NCBI GenBank assembly: GCA_038320275.1
Contig: JBBQEB010000133.1
Location: 1-10,652, forward strand
Length of the DNA: 10,652 nucleotides
Direction of reading: 5' to 3'
Source of the DNA: Myxococcales bacterium
Lineage (GTDB): Bacteria > Myxococcota > Myxococcia > Myxococcales > Anaeromyxobacteraceae
Part shown: positions 1-9,732 of the stretch, piece by piece
How positions within the stretch are numbered: position 1 is the stretch's first letter
Layout: each line of letters starts with the position of its first letter
Translations under genes and position numbers: made by a program
Notes under the pieces: model-generated
Databases searched by the model: none
What the model was told of the DNA's origin: nothing
The model's input: only the letters and a program-made list of their open reading frames with translations

Positions 1-1728
1 GTCCTTCGCGGTCTTGGTGCGGTTGCCGGCATTCCGCTCCAGCACCTCGTGGATGTACCGCTTCTGGAACTCCTCCTTGGCCTCGGCCAGCGGAATCACC
101 GGGGCGAGGCTCTCGGGGCCGAGCTCCAGGTCCTCCGCGCCCACCAGCGGCCGCTCCGCGAGCACCACCGCCCGCTTGACCCGGTTCTCCAGCTCCCGGA
201 TGTTCCCCGGCCAGGCGTGCCTGCGCAGCGCCGCGACCGCGCCAGGCGCGAAGCCGCGCGCCCGCGAGGCCAGCTCGCGCGCGTATTTCTGCAGGAAGAA
301 GCGCGCCAGGAGCACGACGTCCTCGCCCCGCGCGCGCAGGGGTGGCAGCTCGATGGAGACGACGTGCAGGCGGTAGTACAGGTCCTCGCGAAACCTGCCG
401 GCCGCGATCTCGTCGGCGAGCACGCGGTGCGTCGCGGCGACGACGCGGATGTCCACCTCCTCCGGGCGCGTCTCGCCGACGCGCGTGACGGAGCGCTCCT
501 GGAGCGCGCGCAGGAGCTTCACTTGCAGGAGAGGCGGCATGTCGCCGATCTCGTCCAGGAAGAGGGTGCCGCGGTTCGCCGCCTGAAACTTGCCGCCGCG
601 CGAAGCGACCGCGCCGGTGAACGCGCCGCGAACGTGACCGAAGAGCTCGCTCTCGAGCAGGCTCTCCGGAATGGCTCCGCAGTTGACCGCCACGAACGGG
701 CCCGCCGCGCGAGGCGAGCGCCGGTGGATCTCGCGGGCCACCAGTTCCTTGCCCGTCCCGGTCTCCCCCGACACGAGCACGGAGACGTCGGTGGCCGCCA
801 CCTTCTCGATGCGGCGGTACACCTCGCCCATGCTCGCGCCCGCCCCCAGGATGTCGCCGAAGGCGCTCGCGCGGGCGCTCTCGCGCAGGGCCTCGTTCTC
901 GCGCCGCAGGCCGTCCAGCAGGAGCGCGTTCTGCACCAGGAGGGAGGCCTGCGCCGCGAAGATGGTGAGCACCTCGAGATCGCGCGGCGCAAACAGGCTC
1001 ACCACCGAGTCGTTGCCGAGGTAGATGACGCCGAAGGCCTCGCCGTCGCGCATGAGCGGCGCGCACATCACCGAGCAGAGCTTGAGGTTCACCACCGACG
1101 AGGAGGAGGACCACTGCGCGTCGTGCAGGGCGTCGGCGACGATCACCGGCGTGCGCGTCGCGGCCACCCGCTGGACGATGCTGTCGGAGACGCGCGAGAC
1201 GGCATCCTCGATGGTCTCGCGGGAGAGGTTGCGCGCCGATTTCACGGCCAGCGCGCCGTCCTCCAGCAGGATGAGGAACCCCTTGTCGGCGTGAGTCACC
1301 TCCAGCAACGCGTCGAGCAGCTCGTCGAGCAGCCGCGGCACCCCCGAGACGGCCAGCAGCCGCTGCGAGAAGCGGACGAGCCCCTGCAGCGCCTCCAGCC
1401 GGGCCGCGCCGTCGCCGGGGGACGGAGGCGGCTCGTCGGCGCGGTGGTGCGCCGAGAACCAGAGCTCGGTGGAGCCGAGGCGGATGCGGTCTCCGTCGGC
1501 GAGCCGCGCCGTCACCTTGCGCTTGCCGTTCACCTCCATCTCGACGCCCCCGTGGCAGGCAGCGTTGCAGTCCCGCCCGTCGAAGTGGATGTGGAGGGCC
1601 GTGTCGGGCAGCCCCGCGTCGGGGAGGGCGAGGTGGTTCTCGACCGCGCGGCCGATGGTGGTGATGCGGCGCGCGAGGCTCACCGTGCGCTCCTGCCCGT
1701 CCGCGGTGCGAAAGCGCAGGCTCGGCAT
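1..1728 (-). CDS. Sigma54-dependent enhancer-binding protein with N-terminal FHA-like and GAF domains, AAA+ domain and start of a Fis-type HTH (3' end outside the window)
   Basis: Not in the ORF track; translated by hand from ATG 1728, which overlaps the upstream TGA (TGATG). Open for 576 codons to base 1. Sequence: MPSLRFRTADGQERTVSLARRITTIGR...VNGKRK...LADGDRIRLGSTEL (FHA fold); DKGFLILL...SVMCAPL...GVIYLGN...DLEVLTIFAAQA (GAF); GETGTGKE (745-768), NCGAIPESLLESELFGH, GAFTGA (610-627), TLFLDEIGDM, FREDLYYRL, WPGNIRELEN; ends at GNRTKTAKD (HTH). Confidence 0.96.
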   Translation of the reverse strand, partial: MPSLRFRTADGQERTVSLARRITTIGRAVENHLALPDAGLPDTALHIHFDGRDCNAACHGGVEMEVNGKRKVTARLADGDRIRLGSTELWFSAHHRADEPPPSPGDGAARLEALQGLVRFSQRLLAVSGVPRLLDELLDALLEVTHADKGFLILLEDGALAVKSARNLSRETIEDAVSRVSDSIVQRVAATRTPVIVADALHDAQWSSSSSVVNLKLCSVMCAPLMRDGEAFGVIYLGNDSVVSLFAPRDLEVLTIFAAQASLLVQNALLLDGLRRENEALRESARASAFGDILGAGASMGEVYRRIEKVAATDVSVLVSGETGTGKELVAREIHRRSPRAAGPFVAVNCGAIPESLLESELFGHVRGAFTGAVASRGGKFQAANRGTLFLDEIGDMPPLLQVKLLRALQERSVTRVGETRPEEVDIRVVAATHRVLADEIAAGRFREDLYYRLHVVSIELPPLRARGEDVVLLARFFLQKYARELASRARGFAPGAVAALRRHAWPGNIRELENRVKRAVVLAERPLVGAEDLELGPESLAPVIPLAEAKEEFQKRYIHEVLERNAGNRTKTAKD

Positions 1729-2578
1729 CAAAATCTCCAGCTCAGCTTGAGTGCGGCCGCGCCCTGGCGCGGAGAGAGCTCCGTCTCCACACGCGGGACG
1801 TAGAAGACGTGCGCGTCCACCACGCCGTAGGCGTACACCGCCCAGAAGAGCCCGGCCGAGACGTACTTCACCGCGTCGGTGCGGGAGAGCAGCGCCCGAT
1901 CGGCGTCGGTGTAGGGAGGCTTCGCGCAGCCAGTGGGCTGCGAGGTGGAGCAGCGGCGGCGCGGGTCCTCCGCGATGGAATTGTGAAAGAGGATGGCGCC
2001 GATGTTCACCGCCGCGAAGGCGACCTCGGCCGCGGCGACCGCCGTCCCCTTCGCGAGGTGGCCGTTCTGGAACTGCCCGGCGCCGAGCGGCATCCAGTTG
2101 AGGAGGTAGAGCCGCTCCTGCACCCGGATCACCTTGGTGGCGGGGCCTGCCCGGACGCCCTCCTCGGCTTGGAGCCGCTTGCGCGACTCCTCGGCGAGCC
2201 GGCGCTGCTCCTCGAGCTCGCGGCGGCGCTGGCGCAGCGGAGCGAGCGCGCCCTCGTTGTCGCGCTTCACCGCCTCGAAGAGGTCCACCACCCTCGGCTC
2301 CACGAGGAAGGGATCGAGCGCGTGATCGGGATCCATGGAGAGGAGCGATACGAAGGCGGCGCGCGCCCGGGCGGTGTCGCCGAGCTCGAGCTCCGCGATC
2401 CCGAGGATGCGGTAGGCCTCCACGGCGTCGCCATCGGCCGCGTCGGGATGCTCGGCGAGCCAGGAGCGGCTGAGGGCGGCCGCCTCCGCCCAGGCGCCGA
2501 ACTCGAAGCGGTTCTGGGCGCGCTTGAGCGGGGCCGCCTGGGGGGTTGCCGCGAGCGCGGCGGCGAGGAGGAGGGCGA

Positions 2579-2582
<4 letters not shown>
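1728..2582 (-). CDS. Secreted/envelope TPR-like protein with a coiled coil and a hydrophobic C-terminal region, 284 aa
   Basis: Signal-peptide-like N-terminus MIALLLAAALAATPQAA; TPR-like helix pair AYRILGIAELELGDTARARAAFVSLLSMDP; charged coiled coil RQRRRELEEQRRLAEESRKRLQAEE; hydrophobic segments after NWMPLGAGQFQNG; ends LKLSWRF. ATGA overlap with the kinase stop and TGATG overlap with the next gene. Confidence 0.85.
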
Positions 2583-4518
<1,936 letters not shown>

Positions 4519-4522
<4 letters not shown>

Positions 4523-5619
4523 GGCGCCGCCTCGGCGGCGTCGCCGAAGCTCGTGCCCAGGGAGCGCGCAGCCTGGATCAGCTCGCCAGCGGGGTCGACG
4601 CGCCTGCGGCCGGAGGCCTCCGAGAGAGGAACGTCGACGATCCGCCCGGCGCGGAGCGCCACCATGCGGTTGCGCGCGCCCGCAACCCCGAGCCGCGCGG
4701 CGGCGACGCCGAACCGGATCGCCAGCATCCGGTCGCCGGCCGAGGGGGTCCCTCCGCGCTGCAGGTGGCCCAGCGTGGTGAGCCGGACCTCCAGCGGCAG
4801 GGCGGCCGCGATGGCCTCGGCAGCCACCTGTCCCGCGCCGCCCCGGCGCACCTCCCCGCGTCCGGGCACCCTCGGCGGCTGGGCGGGAAGGCTCGTGCCG
4901 AGCGGCGAGGCCCCCTCCGCGACCACCACCAGCCCGTGCGTGCGCCCCCGCCGTCGCCGACGAGCGATGGAGACCGCGAGCGTCCCCGGGTCCCACGGGA
5001 TCTCGGGCAGGAGGATAGCGTCCGCCCCGCCGGCCAGCCCGGCGTGCAGCGCGAGGAAGCCCGAGCTGCGCCCCATCACCTCGAGCACCATGACCCGGTC
5101 GTGGGCTTCGGCGGTCGTCCCGAGCCGGTCGGCCGCCTCGGCGCAGAGGCCGCGGGCGGTGTCGAAGCCTACCGTGGCGTCGGTGCCCATGATGTCGCCG
5201 TGGATCGTCTTGGGGATCCCGATCACCGCGACCCCGAGCGTCTCGTCGAGGCGCCGCGCGATGGCGAGGGTCTCGTCCCCGCCCACCACCACCAGCGCGT
5301 CGAGCGCGAGCGCCCGCGCGTTCTCCGCCGCGCGGCGGGAGAGGTCGGTCTCGCCGCCCAGTTCCTCGCGCCACCGGAAGGGGTCGGCATCGCTGGACGT
5401 CCCGAGGAGGGTGCCCCCGCGGGCGAGGATCCCGCGCACCTCCTCGTGGCCCAGGGGGCGCGACTCACCCCGCACCAGGCCCTCGAACCCGCGCTCGATG
5501 CCCACCACCTCGCAGCCACCCTCGGCGCCGGCCGCCTTCACCACCGCCCGGAGGACCGCGTTCAACCCCGGGCAGTCGCCGCCGCCGGTGAGGATCCCGA
5601 GTCGCTTCGCGTTCCTCAC
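4519..5619 (-). CDS. pfkA: 6-phosphofructokinase (PfkA-family) homolog, 366 aa, with a substituted catalytic motif
   Basis: GTG 5619 preceded by GGGGGA. Motifs LGILTGGGDCPGLNAV, GGTLLGT, GGDET, PKTIHGD, GFDTA, EVMGR, ILLPE, VVAEGA and EVRLTTLGHLQRGG. The ORF-track start at 6042 overlaps the SDR gene and is rejected. Confidence 0.93.
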
Positions 5620-5663
5620 GGTCGTCCCCCACCACGACAGCAGCGCCCCGGTTCGAGGCGCGG

Positions 5664-5672
5664 AATATGACA
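5664..5672 (-). promoter_or_regulatory. Possible extended -10 element (TG-T-CATATT) for the pfk-kinase-TPR-EBP unit
   Basis: This is the main AT-rich patch in the 107-bp gap between the SDR stop and the pfk start, about 45 nt upstream of the GTG. No convincing -35. Confidence 0.3.
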
Positions 5673-5726
5673 CGGATGACAGGCGTGGGCCACCGGACGC
5701 GAACCCGTACCGCGCCGTGCGAGTGG

Positions 5727-6797
5727 CTATCCCGACCCGCCGGTCGTCGCGGACAGCGCTGGCGTGCGCGCGGTGGGGAGGAGCCGCCGCGCGACGAGCG
5801 CCGCCACCGTGGCGGGCAGCGCCGCCGTGGCGATGGGGTGCAGGGGACGCCAGCCGATCGCCACGAGCCGCCTCGTGTCGTAGTAGTGATCTGCGGCCAT
5901 GAGGTAGAGCGACTCGCGGTCGATGCGCGGAGGCAGCGCCGCGCTCACGCCGGCGGCGTGGGTGACGCGCTCCCAGGCTGCTGCCAGCCGCCGGTTGGCG
6001 GCCGCGAGGATGGCGCGGTCGGGCACGCGCCGCACGAGCCACAGGAGGAGCGCCGTGAGCCGGGGCGAGTAGGGGATGATGCGTCCCGCCCGGATTCCCA
6101 TGGCCGACAGCGCCGCCTCCAGGTGTTCTGCGAGCGGCTGGGGCGCGTCGTCCGCCACGTTGAAGGCGCGGCCCACGACGGCCGCGTCGTCGGGGTGCTC
6201 GGCGACGTGGACGGCGGCGCGCGCGACGTCCTGCACGTGCACGAGGTGTGTCACCGGTCCACGCCGGAGGATGGGGATGCTGGGGCGCCGCTGGTTCAGG
6301 AGCGCCAGCATGGAGAGCGCGCGCACTGCGCCACCAGCGAGGTTCGGCCCGTAGATCAGGGTGGGGCGCAGCACGGTGAGCGGCGCGCCCTGGCGGAACG
6401 CGAGCCAGGCGGCCTGCTCGGCCCGCCAGCGCGCTCGCTCGGAGGCCGTCCGCGGGGACTTGAGCTCCCCCTCGTCGCAGGGCAGGTTCCGCGGCCTGCC
6501 GTACACCGAGGCGGTGGAGACGAGGACGTAGCGGCGCGCGCCGGCCATGCGCGCAGCATGTCCTGCCGCGAAGGCGGCGGACGCCTCGGCATCCGACCTG
6601 GCCTGCGTGCTCTCGAGCGGTGAGGTCCGCACCCCGACGTGAAAGACGGCCTCCGCGCCGCGCGCCGCCTCTACCACGTCGGGCAGTCGCAGCCCGTCGA
6701 AGGCGAGGGAGCGGACGCTCCAGCCGGCGCGGGCGAGCTCGGTGGCGAGCGCCTCGTGACGCCCACCCACCGAGCCCGTGATGAGGGCGGTTCTCAC
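5727..6797 (-). CDS. NAD-dependent epimerase/dehydratase (extended SDR) fold protein, 356 aa, atypical active site
   Basis: MRTALITG start, AVFHVG, RYVLVSTASVYG, TVLRPTLIYGP, HLVHVQDVARA, GRAFNVADD and YDTRRLVAIGWRP all match the extended SDR scaffold. The Gly-rich and YxxxK motifs are degenerate. Confidence 0.9.
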   Translation of the reverse strand: MRTALITGSVGGRHEALATELARAGWSVRSLAFDGLRLPDVVEAARGAEAVFHVGVRTSPLESTQARSDAEASAAFAAGHAARMAGARRYVLVSTASVYGRPRNLPCDEGELKSPRTASERARWRAEQAAWLAFRQGAPLTVLRPTLIYGPNLAGGAVRALSMLALLNQRRPSIPILRRGPVTHLVHVQDVARAAVHVAEHPDDAAVVGRAFNVADDAPQPLAEHLEAALSAMGIRAGRIIPYSPRLTALLLWLVRRVPDRAILAAANRRLAAAWERVTHAAGVSAALPPRIDRESLYLMAADHYYDTRRLVAIGWRPLHPIATAALPATVAALVARRLLPTARTPALSATTGGSG

Positions 6798-6818
6798 CGG
6801 GCGGGCTTCACCGGGCGC

Positions 6819-9299
6819 TCACGCGCGGACCTCCGTCTTCTTGGCGCCGTCTTCCGCTTCAGGCGGCACGAGGGGGGGCGGCGGCTTGCGGCCGACCGGG
6901 TTCTCCTCCAGCGCGGCGGCGAGAACCTCGTCCATGTGCGTCGCGAAGACGAACTCGAGCTCCTTGCGGGCCTGCTCGGGCACGTCCACCAGATCCTTCT
7001 CGCAGCGGGCCGGCATGATGATCCGCTTGATCCCGGCGCGGTGGGCGGCGAGCACCTTCTCCTTGATGTCTCCCACCGGGAGCACGAGCCCGCGCAGGGT
7101 CACCTCGCCTGTCATGGCGACATCGGCCCGGACGCGGATGCCGGTGAGGAGCGAGACCAGCGCGGTGAGGATGGTGACGCCAGCGCTCGGGCCGTCCTTG
7201 GGGATGGAGCCCGCCGGGAAGTGGATGTGGATGTCCGTCTTCTCGAGGAAGTTGGCAGGGATCCCGAGCGTGTCGGCCTTCGAGCGCAGGTAGGACAGGG
7301 CCGCCTGGGCGGACTCCTTCATCACGTCGCCGAGCTGCCCGGTGAGCGTGAGGGAGCCCTTGCCGGCCATCTTGGTGGCCTCGATGAAGAGGATGTCGCC
7401 TCCCGCCGCCGTCCAGGCGAGGCCGGTGGCCACGCCCGCGATGCCGGTGCGCTCCGCCATCTCGTTCCAGAACTTCTCCGGGCCGAGCATCTCCGGCAGG
7501 TCCGCCTCGGTGACGACGCGCTTCGCGCCGGCCGCGACCCTGCCGCTCGCGACCTCCACCGCCACCGCCCGGCACACGTCGGCGATGCGCCGCTCGAGGT
7601 TGCGGACGCCGGCTTCGCGCGTGTAGGCCATGATGGCCTTGATGAGCGCCCCCTCGTCGAAGGAGATGGCTTCGGGACCGAGCCCGTGCTCCTTGAGCTG
7701 CTTCGGGATGAGGTGGTTCTGCGCGATGTGAACCTTCTCCTCGAAGGTGTACCCGGGCAGCTCGAGGATCTCCATGCGGTCCCGAAGCGGGCCGGGGATG
7801 GGATCGAGCAGGTTCGCCGTGCCCACGAACATGACCTTGGAGAGGTCGTAGGCGATGTCGAGGTAATGGTCGCTGAAGGAGAAGTTCTGCTCGGGGTCGA
7901 GCACCTCCAGCAGCGCGGCGCTGGGGTCCCCGCGGAAGTCGGCCCCGAGCTTGTCGATCTCGTCCAGCATCATGACGGGGTTGTTGGTGCCGGCCTTCTT
8001 CATGGACTGGATGATCCGGCCGGGCAGGGCGCCCACGTACGTGCGCCGATGGCCGCGGATCTCCGCCTCGTCGCGCACGCCGCCCAGGGACAGCCGGACG
8101 AACTTGCGCCCGATGGACTTCGCAATCGACTGGCCGAGCGAGGTCTTGCCCACGCCGGGCGGGCCCACGAAGCAGAGGATCGGGCCGCGCATGTCGTTCT
8201 TCAGCTTGCGGACCGCCAGGTACTCGAGGATGCGCTTCTTGATCTTCTGCAGGCCGTAGTGATCGGAGTCGAGGATCGCGCGCGCGTTCTCGATGTCGAG
8301 GTTGTCGTCGCTGCGCTTCGACCAGGGCAGGTCGGCGATCCAGTCGAGGTAGGTGCGGGCGACCGTGTACTCCGAGCTCGCGGTGGGGATGCTCTTCAGC
8401 CGGTTGAGCTCCTTCTGCGCGACCTTCTCCACGTCCGGGGGCAGTCCTGCCTTCTTGAGCCGCTCGCCCAGCTCGTCGAGCTCCTCCTCCTCCTCGCCCA
8501 GCTCGCCCAGCTCCTCCTTGATCGCCTTGAGCTGCTGGCGCAGGTAGTACTCGCGCTGCGTCTTCGACATCTCGCCCTTCACGGCGGAGTCGATCTTGTT
8601 CGACAGCTTCAGGATCTCGCGCTTGCGGTTGAGCAGCTCCAGCACGAGCTTCATGCGCGCCTTGAGATCGACCGTCTCGAGGACCTGCTGCTTCTCCTCG
8701 ATGGGGACGTCCACGTTGGCGGCGATGAGGTCGGCGAGGTGGCCGGGGTGGGTGATGCTCTCCACGAGCTCGGTCGCCGCCGCGGGCAGCTCCGGCATGA
8801 GCTCGATCACCTCGCGGGCGAGCTTCTTGAGGTTGATGGCGAGCGCCTCCACCTCCACGTCGTCGACGGCGGTCTTGTCCTCCACCGGATCGATGCGCGC
8901 CTTGAGGTACGGCGCCTCCTGCACCAGGTCGAGCACCCGGAAGCGCGCCAGGCCCTGCACCACGAGCGAGTAATTGTCCTCGCCCATCTTGAGGAGCTTC
9001 ACGATGCGTGCGACGGTGCCCACCGTGTACAGGTCCGCGGCGCCGGGGTCTTCCTCCTCGGCGCGGCGCTGGGTGACCACCCCGATGACCTGCTCATCGC
9101 GGACGGCGTCCTTGATGAGCGCGATGGTCTTCTGGCGCCCCACCGCCAGCGGCAGCACGCCGCCGGGGAAGAAGACGGAATTGCGCAGCGGCAGGATGGG
9201 AAGGACCTGCGGGATGTCCTCGCGGTTGATGAGCCCCGGGGCGCCCATCGCGGGCGCCACCTGGGCGCCTGCCGAGACCTTCTTGTCCTTCTCCGGCAT
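6819..9299 (-). CDS. lon: ATP-dependent Lon protease (LonA type), myxobacterial LonD/BsgA-like, 826 aa
   Basis: N-domain LPILPLRNSVFFPG; Walker A GPPGVGKTS; DEAEIRGHRRTYVGALPG; Walker B MMLDEIDK; PKDGPSAG (catalytic Ser at 7185-7187); catalytic Lys at 7056-7058. The N-terminus GLINREDIPQVLPILPLRNSVFFPGGVLPLAVGRQKTIALIKDAVRD matches my recollection of M. xanthus LonD/BsgA rather than LonV. Confidence 0.98.
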   Translation of the reverse strand: MPEKDKKVSAGAQVAPAMGAPGLINREDIPQVLPILPLRNSVFFPGGVLPLAVGRQKTIALIKDAVRDEQVIGVVTQRRAEEEDPGAADLYTVGTVARIVKLLKMGEDNYSLVVQGLARFRVLDLVQEAPYLKARIDPVEDKTAVDDVEVEALAINLKKLAREVIELMPELPAAATELVESITHPGHLADLIAANVDVPIEEKQQVLETVDLKARMKLVLELLNRKREILKLSNKIDSAVKGEMSKTQREYYLRQQLKAIKEELGELGEEEEELDELGERLKKAGLPPDVEKVAQKELNRLKSIPTASSEYTVARTYLDWIADLPWSKRSDDNLDIENARAILDSDHYGLQKIKKRILEYLAVRKLKNDMRGPILCFVGPPGVGKTSLGQSIAKSIGRKFVRLSLGGVRDEAEIRGHRRTYVGALPGRIIQSMKKAGTNNPVMMLDEIDKLGADFRGDPSAALLEVLDPEQNFSFSDHYLDIAYDLSKVMFVGTANLLDPIPGPLRDRMEILELPGYTFEEKVHIAQNHLIPKQLKEHGLGPEAISFDEGALIKAIMAYTREAGVRNLERRIADVCRAVAVEVASGRVAAGAKRVVTEADLPEMLGPEKFWNEMAERTGIAGVATGLAWTAAGGDILFIEATKMAGKGSLTLTGQLGDVMKESAQAALSYLRSKADTLGIPANFLEKTDIHIHFPAGSIPKDGPSAGVTILTALVSLLTGIRVRADVAMTGEVTLRGLVLPVGDIKEKVLAAHRAGIKRIIMPARCEKDLVDVPEQARKELEFVFATHMDEVLAAALEENPVGRKPPPPLVPPEAEDGAKKTEVRA

Positions 9300-9308
9300 G
9301 GTCTGATG

Positions 9309-9314
9309 CTCCTT
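9309..9314 (-). promoter_or_regulatory. Shine-Dalgarno sequence of lon
   Basis: AAGGAG 9 nt upstream of ATG 9299. Confidence 0.8.
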
Positions 9315-9364
9315 CGCGCCGGTGCCGTTCGCCGTGGATGGGCCGACACCAAGCGCTGGAGGGG

Positions 9365-9393
9365 GGGATACCCACCCGAGGGCGGATGGGCAA
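9365..9393 (-). promoter_or_regulatory. Candidate sigma70-type promoter of lon: TTGCCC-N17-TATCCC
   Basis: -35-like TTGCCC (9393-9388), an exact 17-nt spacer and -10-like TATCCC (9370-9365), 65 nt upstream of the start codon. Confidence 0.5.
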
Positions 9394-9433
9394 GGGAAAC
9401 GCCTGCCGGGAGCGCCGTCGCGGGCGCTGCAGG
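9392..9433 (-). terminator. Hairpin with a weak pyrimidine tail; possible terminator of an upstream minus-strand transcript
   Basis: AGCGCC (9411-9416) pairs with GGCGCT (9423-9428), and CCTGC (9402-9406) with GCAGG (9429-9433) across a 4-nt bulge. On the minus strand it is followed by CGTTTCCCTT and sits immediately after the TGA at 9437-9435. Confidence 0.3.
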
Positions 9434-9434
9434 A

Positions 9435-9674
9435 TCACCTCTCGCCGAGGTTGCTGTTGCCCAGGCTCGGAACCGTCCTTCCGTTCGGCTCGCCGCCCGG
9501 GCCGCCCGGGTCGGTTCGCACCGGCCCGCTGCTGGGGGACCACAGTCCCCCCTGCGAACGGCGGGTGCGACCGTCGCCGGACAGGTCGTCGACTCCAGCC
9601 AGTTCGCGCACCGTGGGGGGAATCTGCTGGGGGGCTATCCCGGGGCCATCCGCTGGAGACCAGACGCGACGCAT
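9435..9674 (-). CDS. Candidate 79-aa small protein, possibly leaderless; alternatively non-coding RNA
   Basis: ATG 9674 to TGA 9435: MRRVWSPADGPGIAPQQIPPTVRELAGVDDLSGDGRTRRSQGGLWSPSSGPVRTDPGGPGGEPNGRTVPSLGNSNLGER. By my count 64 of 79 codons end in G/C. It has an internal WSPxxGP repeat and fills the gap between a promoter-like element and a hairpin. No recognisable family. Confidence 0.3.
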   Translation of the reverse strand: MRRVWSPADGPGIAPQQIPPTVRELAGVDDLSGDGRTRRSQGGLWSPSSGPVRTDPGGPGGEPNGRTVPSLGNSNLGER

Positions 9675-9680
9675 GACCGT

Positions 9681-9709
9681 GAGGTGCGCACGGCCCTGGA
9701 GTAAGGCAA
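9681..9709 (-). promoter_or_regulatory. Possible promoter TTGCCT-N17-CACCTC facing the small ORF and lon
   Basis: Good -35-like TTGCCT (9709-9704) and a 17-nt spacer, but a poor -10. ATG 9674 follows 6 nt later. Confidence 0.25.
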
Positions 9710-9719
9710 GCGAGCAGGG

Positions 9720-9725
9720 TAACCT
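9720..9725 (+). promoter_or_regulatory. -10-like element TAACCT, suggesting a leaderless mRNA for the divergent gene
   Basis: TAnnnT hexamer 7 nt before GTG 9733, with no SD in between; TGGAGT lies 17 nt upstream (9697-9702). Confidence 0.4.
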
Positions 9726-9732
9726 CCGCTCG

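Noticed and set aside
49..1803. 584-aa plus-strand ORF
   Set aside because: Codon-aligned antisense shadow of the sigma54 activator. High GC3 suppresses stops on the opposite strand, and it has no motifs of its own.
4523..5374. N-terminal extension of the kinase ORF, which could suggest a PFK-kinase fusion or frameshift
   Set aside because: The extension is low-complexity and lies in another frame of pfk. pfk has its own stop, and the kinase has a GTG with GAGG and a GTGA overlap directly before the catalytic domain. No slippery site was seen.
5621..5638. Small hairpin GTCGT/ACGAC around the pfk SD
   Set aside because: Only 5 bp, with most of the SD in the loop; expected by chance at this GC content.
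5620..6042. N-terminal extension of the PFK ORF
   Set aside because: It overlaps the SDR gene. PFK homology begins at KRLGILTGGG just after GTG 5619, which has an SD-like GGGGGA.
6639..9704. 1021-aa plus-strand ORF
   Set aside because: Antisense shadow of lon; no recognisable domain.
9300..9732. Known RNAs (RNase P, SRP, tmRNA, 6S, cobalamin riboswitch, Pxr) or a sigma54 -24/-12 promoter in the intergenic region
   Set aside because: I found none of their diagnostic motifs and no TGGCAC-N5-TTGC match. The C-runs are only loosely reminiscent of Pxr, which is not enough for a call.
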